DNA from: Thalia democratica
Taxonomy: Eukaryota
Direction: 5' to 3'
Assembly: GCA_965202585.1 (NCBI GenBank)
Contig: OZ241834.1
Coordinates: 11,594,001 to 11,658,000, forward strand
DNA: 64,000 bases
This document shows positions 49,587-63,273 of this stretch, in pieces. The position numbers and the translations under genes were made by a program. Each line of letters starts with the position of its first letter. The stretch's first letter is position 1. The notes beneath the pieces are model-generated. The model did not search any database. It saw only the letters and a list, made by a program, of their open reading frames with translations, and was not told the origin of the DNA.

Positions 49587-52500
49587 ATTATTTTAGGGTT
49601 GAATAGTAAAGAAACTCTATATGAACAAAACACTATTTTGAAAAATAAAATAGAGTTATTTGGCTGAAGTTTATTTAAATTATGAAATTGTACATTTTTG
49701 ATAAACAAACTAACCAACATTCTCGTCAATAAGCAAAATAGAACATTTTATAACTTTACACTTATGATGTACTACTACTAGTTAAAATAGAAAATAGACT
49801 TATTTTAATCCATTTTTATAAGAAAAAAATTAAATGCTTTGAACTAACAGACTCGTATAATATAAAATAAATTTTTATCTGTTTTTTTTTTTGTTCATAA
49901 AAAATTGTACATCTCCTTTATTTGCAAGTTAAAAGAGATTTTGATTTTAATATAAAAAAAAAAATTTAACATTTACTTCTTTATATTTTTAGTGAAACAA
50001 TATTTTTATTAAGATCCGGCTAGAAGTAACAATTTTACTTTTTATTTTTTAGACATATAAATATATAATTAGTTCGAACTTAAGTTTATACATTAATGTG
50101 TCTTGTAGTTAATCTAAAAGTACGTCTTAAGTTTTTTTATAAAATCTTTTAAGTTTCTCACTGCTCTTTTATTTCCATACAGTTACTGGAAAAAGTTTTA
50201 AACAAAAAATTAGTTTATTTTTTTTTTGCATTTCGAAAAAGTATATGCGTTAAATAAACCACTTACATGAACAAAATGAACTTTACTAATAATATTTTTG
50301 ATTTCTAATTAATAGTTGATGGATCAAATAAAAAAGAATAAATTCTCTGCGAAGTTCAACAAACTGAAAAAAATCGCTATATATTTATTTTATTTTTTAG
50401 AAAAAACAAAAGATAACTCAAACATTCAAATTACCATTGTTGTTTAAATTTTTTGTTTATTCACTCATACTTTAAAAAATATACCTCTACTCTTTGACTT
50501 AAATAAGTTGTTTACGTATAGGTATGGTTAAAATTGTTTACAAATTTATAGTAGTTAAATTACCCATTATTTTAGCTATTTAGTTTGTACGGAAAAAAAC
50601 AAAATATATCTTATACCTAAAAAAACATTGGGCTAACAAAAGTTATTTTAAGTGGAGTATTTAAATTCTTTTTAAATCACTATGTATGTAGCAATATAGG
50701 AAGTATCCTTACATATAGTATCGTTGCAGTAAAAAACAATCGTTTTATAGTTTAGTTTTTAACAAAAACTTCAAGGAAATCAGTTGCAAGCCTTACTTAT
50801 AAGTCAAATAACAGCAAAATAATTTTTATCGTAATTCAAAGATTTTAAAAAGTTTGTAATCAGGTCATCAAGTTATTAAACGTTTTAAATCATCAAGAAA
50901 GTTGTTAAATGGTCTTTATCCAGTTATCTAGTTGTATAACAAAACTAACTTTAATTTAAAACATAACCCTTTTTTTAATATCACTTTTATCTAAGCGGTT
51001 AAGACTGGTTTAGTGTTTTTGTACTTTTTAAACAACTTAATATCCTTAATTCTCTGCGCACGTCATAATTTAGGTAAACGAGCAAAAAAGTTTGTACAAT
51101 AAAATTAAAACTTTGTGTAAAAACAAAGTAGTTTATCTGGCGTGTAAGCTGTTTATTGTTTTTGGTTAAATATTAAATAATTGACTTTATAACCGACATA
51201 TAATTGTAGGTATGTTTATAGTGTACTTCAAACCTACGCTAAAAACTATAGTAGATAAATAATAACGTTAACCTAACTAATAATGATGTCAAATAAATAC
51301 TAGGGTTACTCTAAATAAAACTAGGCATGACAGTGAACGAATTTTACTGTATTTTAGAAAAATTACAAACACTAACAAATATATATATAACTAATACAAT
51401 ATTAAAAGAAACTTTTAAATTGTAAATTAGAAATTACTTAGATGATACTAAAACATTTAAACACAATTTAAATCTAAAAGAGTAACATTTAGAGAATGTT
51501 TAAATTAGAATGAGAATTAAATGCTTCAACTTAAAATAAGAAAAGTAATCATGAGAAGAAAACATTCTTAGATACAATTTTTATATAGTACAAGAAAACA
51601 CTATGAATTTTTATTCTTAAATTACATGTTTACTGCAACAAAACTGTGGCACGACTCTCCCCACCACCCTCTAAGGCTGGTTTGTATAGCTCTGTTCTCA
51701 AATTTATTCAATAATACGTCAGGAGTTTGTTCTCTTATCTTAATTTTCTCCTTATCTTAGCTGTATCAAAATTTCATCAGTAATTGCACGCGTCTCATTC
51801 TGGGATTTCCCTTGAACACAAAACGGCTATCAAAGTACAATTTGTTGTCCCCTTTCAACTTATTACATTTAACTTTTTGAATTAAAGTTGTATGGATAAG
51901 CAAGACAACTTATAAACAACTATTTTTACGTTTTAATGAACAAGCAATAACAACCATACAACTTTGAATGATTTAACTAAAATGTTTTGTTTCTAAAAGA
52001 TCCATGTTTAACATGTTTGGGTAAGATGTGTAAGGGATAAGGGTATATAAAAAAAGTATAACTATTCAAAATATAAATTTAAGTGTTTCTTAACAAAAGA
52101 TTCTAGTATAAAAATTTCACTTTTGTGTATTTTAGTTTGCTTTAATTAATATAGACTTAACAATTAAAAATATTTAGTTTTATAATAATCGGATTTAACA
52201 TTAAGTATTTTACTTATTATTAACCATTACCCTCTAAAAATCTGTAGAAATTATTTTTATTTTGATGAACACATGTATACACCTACCTTAGCTTCTATTC
52301 TTTTTTTAGAGTATTTATATTTCTACAGAACCTAGTTAAAGTGTGTTAATCCGTTAACACACAGAAAAATATGTCGGTGCAATAAAAGAAGATACTGTAT
52401 AATTTGTTTTTATTAAAAAAAATTATAAACATTTAAACAACTTGATGAATCAGCAAATATTTAAATCAGATTGACCTTTAACTATAATTTCCCTTTCGTA

Positions 52501-53058
52501 CAAATTTAAATCTTGTTATTGTTTGTATTTGATTTTTTTGGACTTTAAGTATTATATGTAAAAATCCATAAGTATTAAAATCAACAATTATTTTTTAAGA
52601 AAAGTAAAAATGTTTTTATCTAACATAAAGTACCTGCATAATTAGTAAAAGTATATCCATATGTATGTGTTATAGCTTTTTTAAATAAAACATTCAAAAA
52701 CCTAACAGAAAGTATAGCTATGATTTTAAAAAATTCAAAATTAGCCATTAAGTAGTTGTCGAAAACTGAAAACTTGTCAACTAAGCATAACCGTAAGCTA
52801 CTTTATGCAACAGGTTGTAGGACCAAAAATTTTAGCGTTTTTTTATCGTTCAGTAAACTCTACAACAATTATTAAAATACAAAAAAAAAGGTTTTAAAAA
52901 ATAGGGTATACTTTCTATGTCATATAGTTGTTAAAATATTTGAAGTTAGACGCTACCGGATCCGAATCTGTTTTTCAAATTTATCCATAAAATTTAGAAA
53001 TTTCAAAACTTTAAAGGTCAACTAGACTTTATACAAATTTATTGTTAAACTTTTTATT

Positions 53059-53097
53059 GCGTTACGCCGTTTCCCTGCAGAGCAGTTCATCAGACGC
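53059..53097 (-). ncRNA. Minimal type-I hammerhead ribozyme-like motif (one core-adjacent mismatch)
   Basis: Minus strand: GCGU-CUGAUGA-A-CUGC-UCU-GCAG-G-GAAA-C-GGC-G-UA-ACGC. Stem I GCGU/ACGC, stem II CUGC/GCAG, short stem III, GUA cleavage triplet. Positions 10.1-11.1 are A-G instead of R-Y. Confidence 0.6.
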
Positions 53098-53620
53098 TAA
53101 AAAAAGCTTATTCAAATAGAATAAGACTAGACTTTATACTTATATTATTATCATTTTAAACATAAAAAAGATTGTAGGACACTTTTTTAGTAAACGGGTA
53201 AAATTTACTAGAAAACCTTTTGCGAGCTGGACATATTAATTAATCTTTTAACGCAAAATATTATTGAAATAATCTTTATTTAAGTAAGTATCACGTATAA
53301 ACAATCAATTTTTGAATATTTTGCACATTTAAAAAGCACATTTGCTTAAAAAAAGCTCAATGTTAGTTTCTGTGCACAAAATTGTTTCCAAGGCAAAAAA
53401 CACGTATCACGCCAAAAGTTTCTGCTTGGCGGGCTGGGTCCAGTCAACGGTTCGTTGAAATTTTAAGATTTTTAGTTCACTATCATATTTTTATTTTGGC
53501 TTTTATGAGCTTTAAAATTTTTTTGAAACTAAAAGTAAAACACGAAAAACTTTTGTCAATCATAACCCTAAAGTTTTTTTCAGTAAGTATAAAAATAGTT
53601 TATTTCAATTTAGCATTTAG

Positions 53621-53732
53621 CTAGTGATCTACCGGATAAATAAATTTCGGATCTGGCCGGATACCAGTTTTTTATTTTAAACTGAGATTTAACCGAAACT
53701 TGATCTAAATAAAAGATCCGGTAGATCACTAG
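53621..53732. mobile_element. 112-bp MITE with 17-bp perfect TIRs
   Basis: CTAGTGATCTACCGGAT...ATCCGGTAGATCACTAG. No matching TSD seen. Confidence 0.75.
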
Positions 53733-54984
53733 TTAAATATTAAACTAAAAATTGAAGCAGCATAAAAAAAAGATTAGAAAATAAAACTGTTGTATTAATA
53801 CAGACTTAAGGTGCACGACCATTCAAGTTCTTGTAATTCTAAGTTATGGTAAACAATCTTTTCTTATAAACTTTTCTAAACACGTTTTTTCATTAATGCA
53901 TTCTTAATTAGACCCTTTGGTACCTTTATAATTCTTTAAATTAAAATTGTTTTAGACACGGATTTAAAAACAATTTTCACCAATGTGTTGCTATTTTTGG
54001 TAAATATGATTTTTTTCATCTGTTAAATATGTTTTTTTTTCGTTATAATCTTGTTAATTAGACCTCCTAGTACTTTTTAATTGGTTTTTAATTAGTTATT
54101 TTATGATACTTAACCCTTTAAATTGTTTTTGAAGAATTTAAATTGTCGGAGTCTAAATTATTGCAGTTTGAACTGTCATGTAACCCATACTCAAGTAGTT
54201 TTTATTGCATGATTTATTAGCTCAATAAACTAATCTAGTGTTAATAGAAAATAATAATAAATCTCAAAAAAGAACTACTTAGAAGTACTTTAAACTTTTC
54301 TAACAGTAAATACCGTTACCATAAAGTATAAAAATGTACACAATACTTATTACAGTTTGAATACATCACTAATTTAATGAGTAATTAATCTAAAAAATAG
54401 TTTATATTAGATTATTAGATAATGTCTTCATTACCTTAATCGAAAAAACAGCAAAATAGTTAGGTAAGCTTTAGGTCGAAAAATAACTGTAAATCATACT
54501 AAAAAAGAGACTTTTAAATCATTTTTGTTTTAAGTTTAAATAGTTTTATTATAATTTTGTTACATTTTTAAACAAATAAATGTGTTTATTTTTTTTTGCT
54601 AAAACAACTATTGGATAAAAAATATATATTATAAATTAGTATTAGATTATAGGTTTTTAAAAATCGATAAACTTTGTCTAGAAAACTTTTAATTTTATCG
54701 TTAGATTAGCTTTATTTTTGGATTAGTTTATGTTATTTAGTTTATGTTGTAGATTAGTAAAACTGTATATCAATATAAATAGTAAGAAAAAAAGTAATAC
54801 ATAATATTTCTTTAAGACAATGTATCTGCTTAATTTTTCGCATCAAGTATACAACATTAGTATTGTTATTGAAATAAACATTTTATTTATTTTTCAAATC
54901 GTTTTTTGCACCACCTAAGTTAAAAACTTACCCTTTTAACAAACCGACTGTGTTTATTTTTAACTAACAGAGCAGTAAAAAAAA

Positions 54985-57900
54985 ATGAATGGAATATTTA
55001 AAAAGAACATCCCGTCCTACCCGTCTCTTACAGCTGAAGAGGAGAGTCCTAAGGATCCAAAAGGGTACCCTGAAGTATGCACCTACAGGGTCAAAAAGAA
55101 TAGAGGATTCCAACAAGGTTTGTGTGGCTTCTACTTCTTACTTGTGCTAAATATAAATTAAATATTTGTTTATGTTTAAAGAAATTTAAATTCCGTTTCT
55201 TGGTATTTTAAAGAGGTTTAGTTTTATACTTTTAATTAAAAATATAGACTAGATAAGAAAATTATTTACGCATATGAAGATGAAATTTTTTATATAGAAA
55301 ATATAAGTGTACTTTTATATACATAAAGTACTATGTTTCAAGCATATTTGCTTGAATAAATTTTGTGTTCAATTGCTATTAGTTGTAAAATGTATTTATT
55401 ATTTCGTTCTTTTCTAATACAATAATTAAGAAAATAACTGTTATTCAGACATGGTCCATCAAAGAAGGAGGGGACAGGAGATGAATTGCTATGACAACAG
55501 ATACCAAGGAGACCAATGTCGTTACCAAGGACAACATGAAAACAGGGTATCATTGTACCATAAACCTGGATACGAACGTCTACAAGTTAGTGACATATAT
55601 TGATTAAACTTTTGTACTTTATAATATTAAACTTTTTTTAATGTTAATCTAAGTTGAGTAGTTTTTTTTTCTTTTAAAACAATTTCAGATTAGTTAAGTT
55701 TATAAGTTAGTTAAAAAAAAAACCAAAAAAATCGAAAAAATATTAATCTAATGACTTAGTGTACAAAAAGACCTCTGGGTCATCGAGTCGTACATTATGA
55801 TAAAAGTATTTTTATTATTAAACAACAATAATAAAACTTGAGTAAAACTACAAAATTTAGTTATGGTTAAAAAATTAAATGTTAAATGCTTTTATAATTT
55901 TGTTTTTACGAAAATGACTTGAAAATATTATAAAACTGAAGAACTTATCAAAACTAGTTCTATTATATCGGCAGTCTTTTGTTATATATAATTGCAAGTT
56001 TTATTTCAAAAAAAAAGATTAATTGATAGCCCAAAAAAGTTAATAATGTTAAGAAATCAGTTTTATAAAGTATATAATTAATCTAAAAATATTCTGTTTA
56101 ATTTAAACTTTTACTATTCTGTTTTGCGTTTAAATTTTATCGGCCTCTAGGTTTTTGCGCTTTTATAGCTATATATTTTGTTTGTATTTTACTTGATGGC
56201 ATATTATTAATGATATAGCATTGTACTTTTGTGTTATAAAATATGACAAAATAATTTACAAAGGATAATTTTAAGCCAAAATAAAAAACTCAGGTATCAT
56301 TAATAGAATTTTATTAAATATTTAGAAGTTTATTTAGCAGTTTACCAATTTGGAATTAAAAGCAATTAGCATATTGATATCCCAGATTGCTTTTCCTGTA
56401 TGTTAAGTATTCAATAATACAAATAAAGTAATTTTTTCACAGTTGATTTTTCTATGTATTTCTATATGGTGAAACATGATGTTAAATAAGTTTTTTATTT
56501 CAGTGTTTTTTATTAAGTTGAAGTTGATTTATTGTTACTTACTCTTTAATTAACTATCAATTGCTAGCGCAATTGATTAACTGTAGTAGGCGTAAAAAAA
56601 TCAAATATTTAATTTAAAGTTGGGCGAAATTGATACCTAATTTTGGTTACCTGCTAAACTTCACTGACTCGAAATATGCAAACAAGAACGTTTCTTCACA
56701 ATGCGTAAAAATTTCACAGGTGTTGTTTGTTGGGTTGAAGAAATACTACTACCCCGGCGAAGACATAAACATCAGTTTCGAAGTTACGGACGTGGACGGA
56801 GTAATAGTGCGAGTTGACTGCTTCATTTGCCTGTACAGAGCCGATTACGATAAAGCGAAAAATAATCTGTTCAGTCATGCGTTCACCTACGACGATAGAA
56901 ATTACGGCTACGTTACCATTCCTTGTAAGTTTGTTATGATATTGTTAGCAGAAAAATTACTTTAATTAGTTTTATAAGAACAAGTAAAATTAAAAAAAAA
57001 TTTTTGACTGATTTTTTAAAAAAATTGAGCTTTTAATCTAAGTTAAACAAAATGATGTTGTAAATTGTTCGTTACTAATTAAAAACACATGTAAGTAAAT
57101 CAACTGTTTTTTACTGAAGTTTAAAAAAAAACTATATGCTATAAATAAAAAAGACCGAATAAACCCGCTTATTTGACCAGCCTGCAAGTTACCAAAGAAC
57201 GAAGGATACTATGTAGTGACGTTTCAGAGGAAGAAGACTGACAAGAACACTGGGATGCCGGTGCCTCCGGTGAGAAGTCCCAGTTTCTTCATAAGTGGTG
57301 AGGTGCCACTTGATAACAGGTGATTGAAATAACGTCGGTATTTATCAATAAAAAGTTTTTAAAATTGCTTTGGAGGCCGTCGATTTTAGTCTTAATATCT
57401 CTTTATAAACACGAGTTAGTCATTTCATTATTATGTTTAAGCTTATTAACAATAATTAGTACCAAGACATGCGTATTAATAACAACTTTTAAAATCAACT
57501 GTCATTATTATAACTATAAAGTTATATCTACAACTTGAACAGATTGAATTCGGACGGCATGTTTGTGAAGCTGTTTAACAAAAGAGAGAACGAAAAGGCA
57601 AGTGAGGTAATTTTGTAAGAATATTTTACATATTTCTTAAAAGTCTCATTACCTTACTTACTACTTGTATAAAAGCTAATTTGATTTCGTTACTCATTAA
57701 AAAAATTAAACAAATGATCAAAAAGAGCTTTATTGTCAGAACTTAAACACTTTTAAATTATCAATTAAGAAGCTAGTTAAAAATTAGCTATAAAATCCTA
57801 TGAACCATCTATTAAACAAACTGTTGTTACTCCACGTTTTGAATATTATTTGCTTATACATATACTAAACTAATTAATGAGCTTGTTAAATAGTTCTTAT

Positions 57901-60900
57901 AAAACTAAACTATCCAGCGCATAAAAAGTAATTCTAAAGAAATTGGTCCTGTATTGGGAAGATTGGAAGAACTGAACCCAGCATACCTAAAGTGTCTTGA
58001 AGAAAACAATGACAATGACGAGGTAGAAACTAAAAATGAAAAGGCATTACAGTACTTACAGTTACTTTTCATAAGTATTTTTACTTACATGCATACATTT
58101 TTTAACAAACTTATTTTGAAAGTTATGATATGAGCTTCAGTCTTTTCTCTGGTAATTATTATAAACACTTATTCAATAATAATGAATATATTATTGAATT
58201 ACTGAAACTCGAATTTTTGAAAAAAATTAAACCAATACTTATAGATAGACCTTAGATAGATAGACTTATAGACTTATAGACTTATAGATAGACTTAGATA
58301 GATCCTTAGACCAAACTTTTTAAGCGCTTTTTATTGTTCAATAAACAATAGCAGACCGTTATGCAAACTGCATAAGCAATTTGGATAAAATAAGAGAGTC
58401 AAGTGCAGTTTTTCCTTATACAAATGTCCAGGAATGTGCTGTATACAATCCAAATACTCTTGTAAGTAAATTATATGTTTTAGTTCAAACAATTAAGTTG
58501 TTTTGAAATGAATACTTTAGTCATTCAGAAGTTAATATTAAAGTTTTTGTTACACTAGATTTATTTCAGTTTGTTGATTTTAGGTAAGATTATTGATTAA
58601 AATGTTCAATAATATAAGAGCATTTGGTATTTTTATAACTAAATTAAAAAGTTAATTAAATGTAATTAAGTATCATATTCGCATTTAGAAACTAATTCAT
58701 ACAACAGAACAACAAGAGAATAGAAAAGCCGGTGAAAACAGTAATTTCTTGCTTACATCCAGAAGAATGGAAGCAGTTGGTTGATGATAAAATAATAAAA
58801 GTGTTAGATTCTGCGCTGAAAGGTATTATGTCTCACATTGATAGCAACACTCTTGTTGTCATGAACATTGTCAAAAAGTTTGTTTTATTTCCCTACTTTG
58901 TATGATGCTGTAATTTAGAAAACATAGTATTTTGTTACATACAAGTTTTAAGTAGGTTGAACATTCCACAGTTTAAATCTTTTTTTTACTCGTAAAATTA
59001 ATTTGTCAACTCAAGAAAAACATAAAGCTCTTGTTAAATTTTACAACAGTTAAAATTTACTCTAACAAACATTTTTAAAACTTTTGACAGCAAGGGGCAA
59101 CAAAAAGCAATAAAAACAATTTTCAAGTATAAAGATGATTTCATCAAAAGATCTAAAGCACAGGTATAATCTACTTACTAATTATCAACTTTTTGCATAC
59201 TTTAATATCTTTTAAATTGAGTAATCACTAAGTAGAGTTGATACAATACCAATTTTGCAATATATAAAACAAATACAATTTTTTATAAATTTAAATTAGG
59301 CGCAGTTTCTGAAGTTTATTCATTTACCAAAATTAATCTCAATACATAACCATACATGATTCTATAATAAAATAACAATTTCAGGTTCAAAACTCAACAC
59401 CAGGAATGGTTGTTATGGATTTCAATGAAGATGATGATGATGAATGTAAAGATGAAAGTTCAGTTATAAAAAATGCTTATAATTGTATGATGTTAGTTTG
59501 CTTGTATTAAAACATTATAGTTGCTTTAAGTATTTTAGCATTTTAAAATGTGTAATTATGTATTATTTCTATTGTTATTTGCCTGATTTTTTGTTAGTTA
59601 TTCTAGTAAAATTTTGACAAATGTTAGAAAGTACATCGTTAAGTAATAAAGAACAGTATATTGATAAATCAAAATGCTTTATCAAACATCTCGATAAAAA
59701 TCAAATTTTTGAATTAAAGAATAGTTTATACTTTTACTAGATGCTTATATGTTGCTTAAAGTGCTAAATTGAAAAATACATTGTAATATTTTTGTACAAG
59801 TACAGTACAATTGATGTAGCTTAAAAAGAAAAATTTCTAATAAGACTAACTTTTATAAACTATCGAACTTGACACTTACAGTGAAAACGATAGTAGCAGT
59901 TTCTTCGGATATAATCATGAGGACTCTGATAGCGACTCTGATGATGAGGATGTCCATCAGAGACGTGCTTGTGTAAATGCTATTTTGTGTTGCTGTTTTT
60001 TTTTGTATTGAATAAGAAACTAATATTTTAGAACTGTTTAAATTTTCTTAAACATACTTATTGAAGAGAAAAAGTTTTGGCGAAAGCTTTCTTATTTTAG
60101 ACTTTCAGAACAAATTAATGTAAAATATTGTAGTTTGTTTACTTAAAACATCGTATTAAGACTATGTTATCATTCATGATCATGATTTTATCAAACAGGG
60201 AGAGCAGTCTTGGAGAGATTTTAAGATCAAAAGATTACCAGGGTTGATTAAAGAAGGTGTTAAAAATGGCAGTATGAAAGGATATAGAGGACTTAAGAAC
60301 CTTGTTAAGAGGTTAGAAGATTTTTCAGTATAAAAAGTAACGTTTTAAGTGTTGCTAGAAATAATTGTTGTATACAACAGTTGTTGAAAACACTAACGTT
60401 AAGTAAATTACGAAACTAAGCTGTATGTAGAAATTTATCTATATAAAAACTTGCTTTTCATTTATTCAAAAATTACATTTAAAAAGTGTTTTATTTTTAT
60501 TTTTAATAATTAAGTTTTTTATTTCAGGCACATTAAAAATACAGCAAAACACGCAATTAATTCTGCTGTGGATATAAATAAAAATGATGGAAAAAGCTAC
60601 TGCGCTTCGTCAGAAAATAAAAAACCTTTTGACTGTTGCTACAAAGACTTGAAAGATTTTATGAGAACGTTTGTTGTTTAAAATAAAATATTTGTTAAAA
60701 ACTAATATCGGTTAAAAAAAAAGTTTTAAATTACTACATACAAAATAATAAACTTGGTTTATAAACGTATGGTTAAAAAAAAGACTTTCTCAGTTCGATA
60801 TTAAATTCCTTTTTATAACAATAGTATAAAGCTCAAAAAGTTTAAAGTAGTTTTATATTTAAAATTTTTAATAATTAGATAAAAACATTTGTTTAAAGTT

Positions 60901-61893
60901 AGTTGTAGAACGACATTGAAAACTATTAAAGTAACATAACTTCAACAGTGAAATTAAGGGATTATTGAAAGAGGCGTTGAATGAATGTGACTTGAAAGTT
61001 GAAAAAGAAAAAGAAATGAGAAAAGAAATGTTAGAGAGTGGGCCTCCTTTGAAGAGCTGGGTCTCAAGCGAGCGAGCTCATAGAGAGTTGGCAGCAAGAG
61101 CTGAGGAAGAAGCGCATAAAGAGTGGAAAGAATGGAACAAAGAAGAGGAGCAAAAAATTAAAAGAGGTTGAAAGTTTTAAGGTGTTATTTGCATAAAATT
61201 TACATTCATATAAATATATTAAACAAAGTAACTTTTAGTTGATTTATTTTTATATTTTATAACACTTTGAGTAGGTATTTTGAAGCGCTGAACTCTAAAG
61301 TTTATTCTTTATTGTTTTATTTAAGTTGCATAACTTTAACAGAAGAAGCATTAAGGAAGAAAATGCTGAATGAAGCAAGCGAGATGGAAATGAGAGCGAA
61401 AAAAGAACTGAAGGAGAGAAAAAGGAGGGAGGCGGAGAACTGCGAGCTGAAGATGGAATTGGAAATGAAAAGTGAGGAGATAGAAGCTGAAAAGAAAAAG
61501 CACTTCAGAGACTTGGAAAAACTGGGAGACGCGCTGAAGGTGCTTCAAATGAAGAAATCAGCGGCGGAGAAGGAAAAGAAAGAGAGGCTGAGAGAAGAAG
61601 CGGAGAACTCGGCGTTGAAGATGAAGCTTGATATGAAGGATGAGGAGATGGAGGTGCAGGAGGAAGAGCACAAGAAGGATCTGGAGGAACTTGGTAAGGC
61701 GTTGGAGAAGATGAAGGAGACGGGAAAGAATGAAGTGAAACTGGTAGATGATGTAGAAGATGGAGATTATGTTTACCGGAAGATGAAGATAAATGATAAA
61801 AATGATGATGCTGTTTATCAAGCTGTAAACAACAAAGAATTTGGCGGATTTTTTTCTAAAACAGTCAGTAGATTCCTGCATTTAAATACTTAA
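54985..61893 (+). CDS. SKICH-domain plus C-terminal coiled-coil protein (TAX1BP1/CALCOCO-like), about 801 aa
   Basis: Manual model: 54985-55117, 55449-55585, 56720-56924, 57181-57319, 57543-57606, 57918-58074, 58355-58461, 58708-58877, 59091-59163, 59385-59491, 59882-59972, 60199-60311, 60528-60668, 60949-61166, 61343-61893. The sum is 2406 nt, GT-AG and phase-consistent; the donor at 58074 is the least certain. SKICH-like segment: VLFVGLKKYYYPGEDI...FICLY...KLPKNEGYY...RSPSFFI. Confidence 0.72.
58245..58303. repeat. (ATAGACTT/ATAG)n microsatellite
   Basis: TTATAGATAGACCTTAGATAGATAGACTTATAGACTTATAGACTTATAGATAGACTTAGATAG. Confidence 0.9.
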
Positions 61894-62277
61894 ACATTAT
61901 GTATAATTATAAGTTTTCAGCTTCCCGTCTAAGTGAATTGGTTATCAAATATAGGAAGTTTGAATGTTTTGAAAAACATTAAATTTAAGACCAAAAATAT
62001 TTTTTTTAATATGTTTAGCTTAAAAAACAAATATACGACTCTTTTTTCTATTTTACAAACTTTCTTAGACACTGTTTTGAGATAAACCTTTTGTTTTTTA
62101 AACTTAAGTAAGTTTATATTAAAAATAATATATACAATTTAAAACATTATTTCGGTTAGTTTATTCTCCTTTTTAAATAACTATAAAGTATATAAACATC
62201 CTTTGAAAATATAAGAATAATAAAAACTTGTAGAAATCATTCTATTTTAGTAGTGCGAAATAGACAAGTAAGCTACT

Positions 62278-63273
62278 ATGTTAAGAGTAAGCAGCATTAC
62301 AATAGTTTATTTTTAGCAAAACAATGATGACTCTCTGTGGTTAAAGTATTTCAAAACAAGTAACAATCTGCTCAGCACCAAGCAGTCATTGCAGGAAAAT
62401 TTTGTAAAGTTAGTCGCTTGTTTAACTTTTTTGCATTGTATATATTTCAATTTTGCCAGAAATAATTGAAATTATTTTAAAAAAGTAATTGTTTGTTTTT
62501 TAATTATTTTTGAAATATTTTAAAACATATACAGCTTATTTATTCTGTTAATATTGTTTTAACAAGTTTAGTTTTTGACGTTTTAAAGTAGCTTAGCAAA
62601 TTATTTTTCGATTTAAGAATTTATTTTTTTGCTTAACAGTATATTGTAATCGAATAACTATAACTGTGTTTATAAAGTACTAGTGTACTAATTTACTTAT
62701 ACAGTTATTTTTTTCTTATTCGTTTCTAATTTTCATAGACGCGGCAATGCTCATGATAAGAAATTAAAAGAGTTGGAAAATGATTTCGTTCACGGAATGT
62801 CTAGAGAAGACTTTAAAGCGTTAGTTGTCGTTGTACAACAAGTATAAAAAAAGACAACTTTAATATTACATTATTTATTATCTATTTATATACATAACTT
62901 TAGGCATAAAAATTTGTTATATTGTAGGATATCTAATCTTTAAGTATTTTATAAACATTATTTTGCAGTTGGTCACACTTAAAACAAAACCGACAAGTTT
63001 TTGTAGATAATAATTATATTTCTTAACTTAAACCAGAACACAGTCAGAATGCTTTGTGGCTTTTTTTAATTAATTTTATAGTACTAAAACAACTTGTACA
63101 TTCAAAAAAAAAAGAATAGCTGTTAGATTTACTGTTTTTCTTTTTTAGTCAAAAGGATAAGGAAATGAGAAGATTCGCCAAGTTCAATCGTGACCACTTC
63201 CACTTAATGAGAAAGCTAAACAACCAGCTCACAATTTTAGAAGAACAAATGGGAAACATTGCGGGAATTGAGT
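62278..63273 (+). CDS. Putative small multi-exon helical/coiled-coil protein of unknown function
   Basis: Exon-like, AG/GT-bounded, stop-free blocks: 62317-62408 (QNNDDSLWLKYF...), 62739-62841 (RGNAHDKKLKELENDF...) and 63149-63273 (QKDKEMRRFAKF...MGNIAGIE*). The joins at the start and in the middle are unresolved. Confidence 0.45.

Noticed and set aside
51765-51785. Another minus-strand CTGATGA (also plus-strand ones at 35373, 45546 and 47315)
   Set aside because: None has the stem II-GAAA-stem III-UH arrangement.
56630-56719. 5' extension of the SKICH exon (MIPNFGYLL...) given by the ORF track
   Set aside because: The upstream exon phase (0) matches the acceptor at 56719/56720. The extension would need a phase-2 partner that was not found.
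61351-61881. Minus-strand ORFs rich in L/F/H
   Set aside because: They are antisense shadows of the E/K-rich coiled-coil exon.
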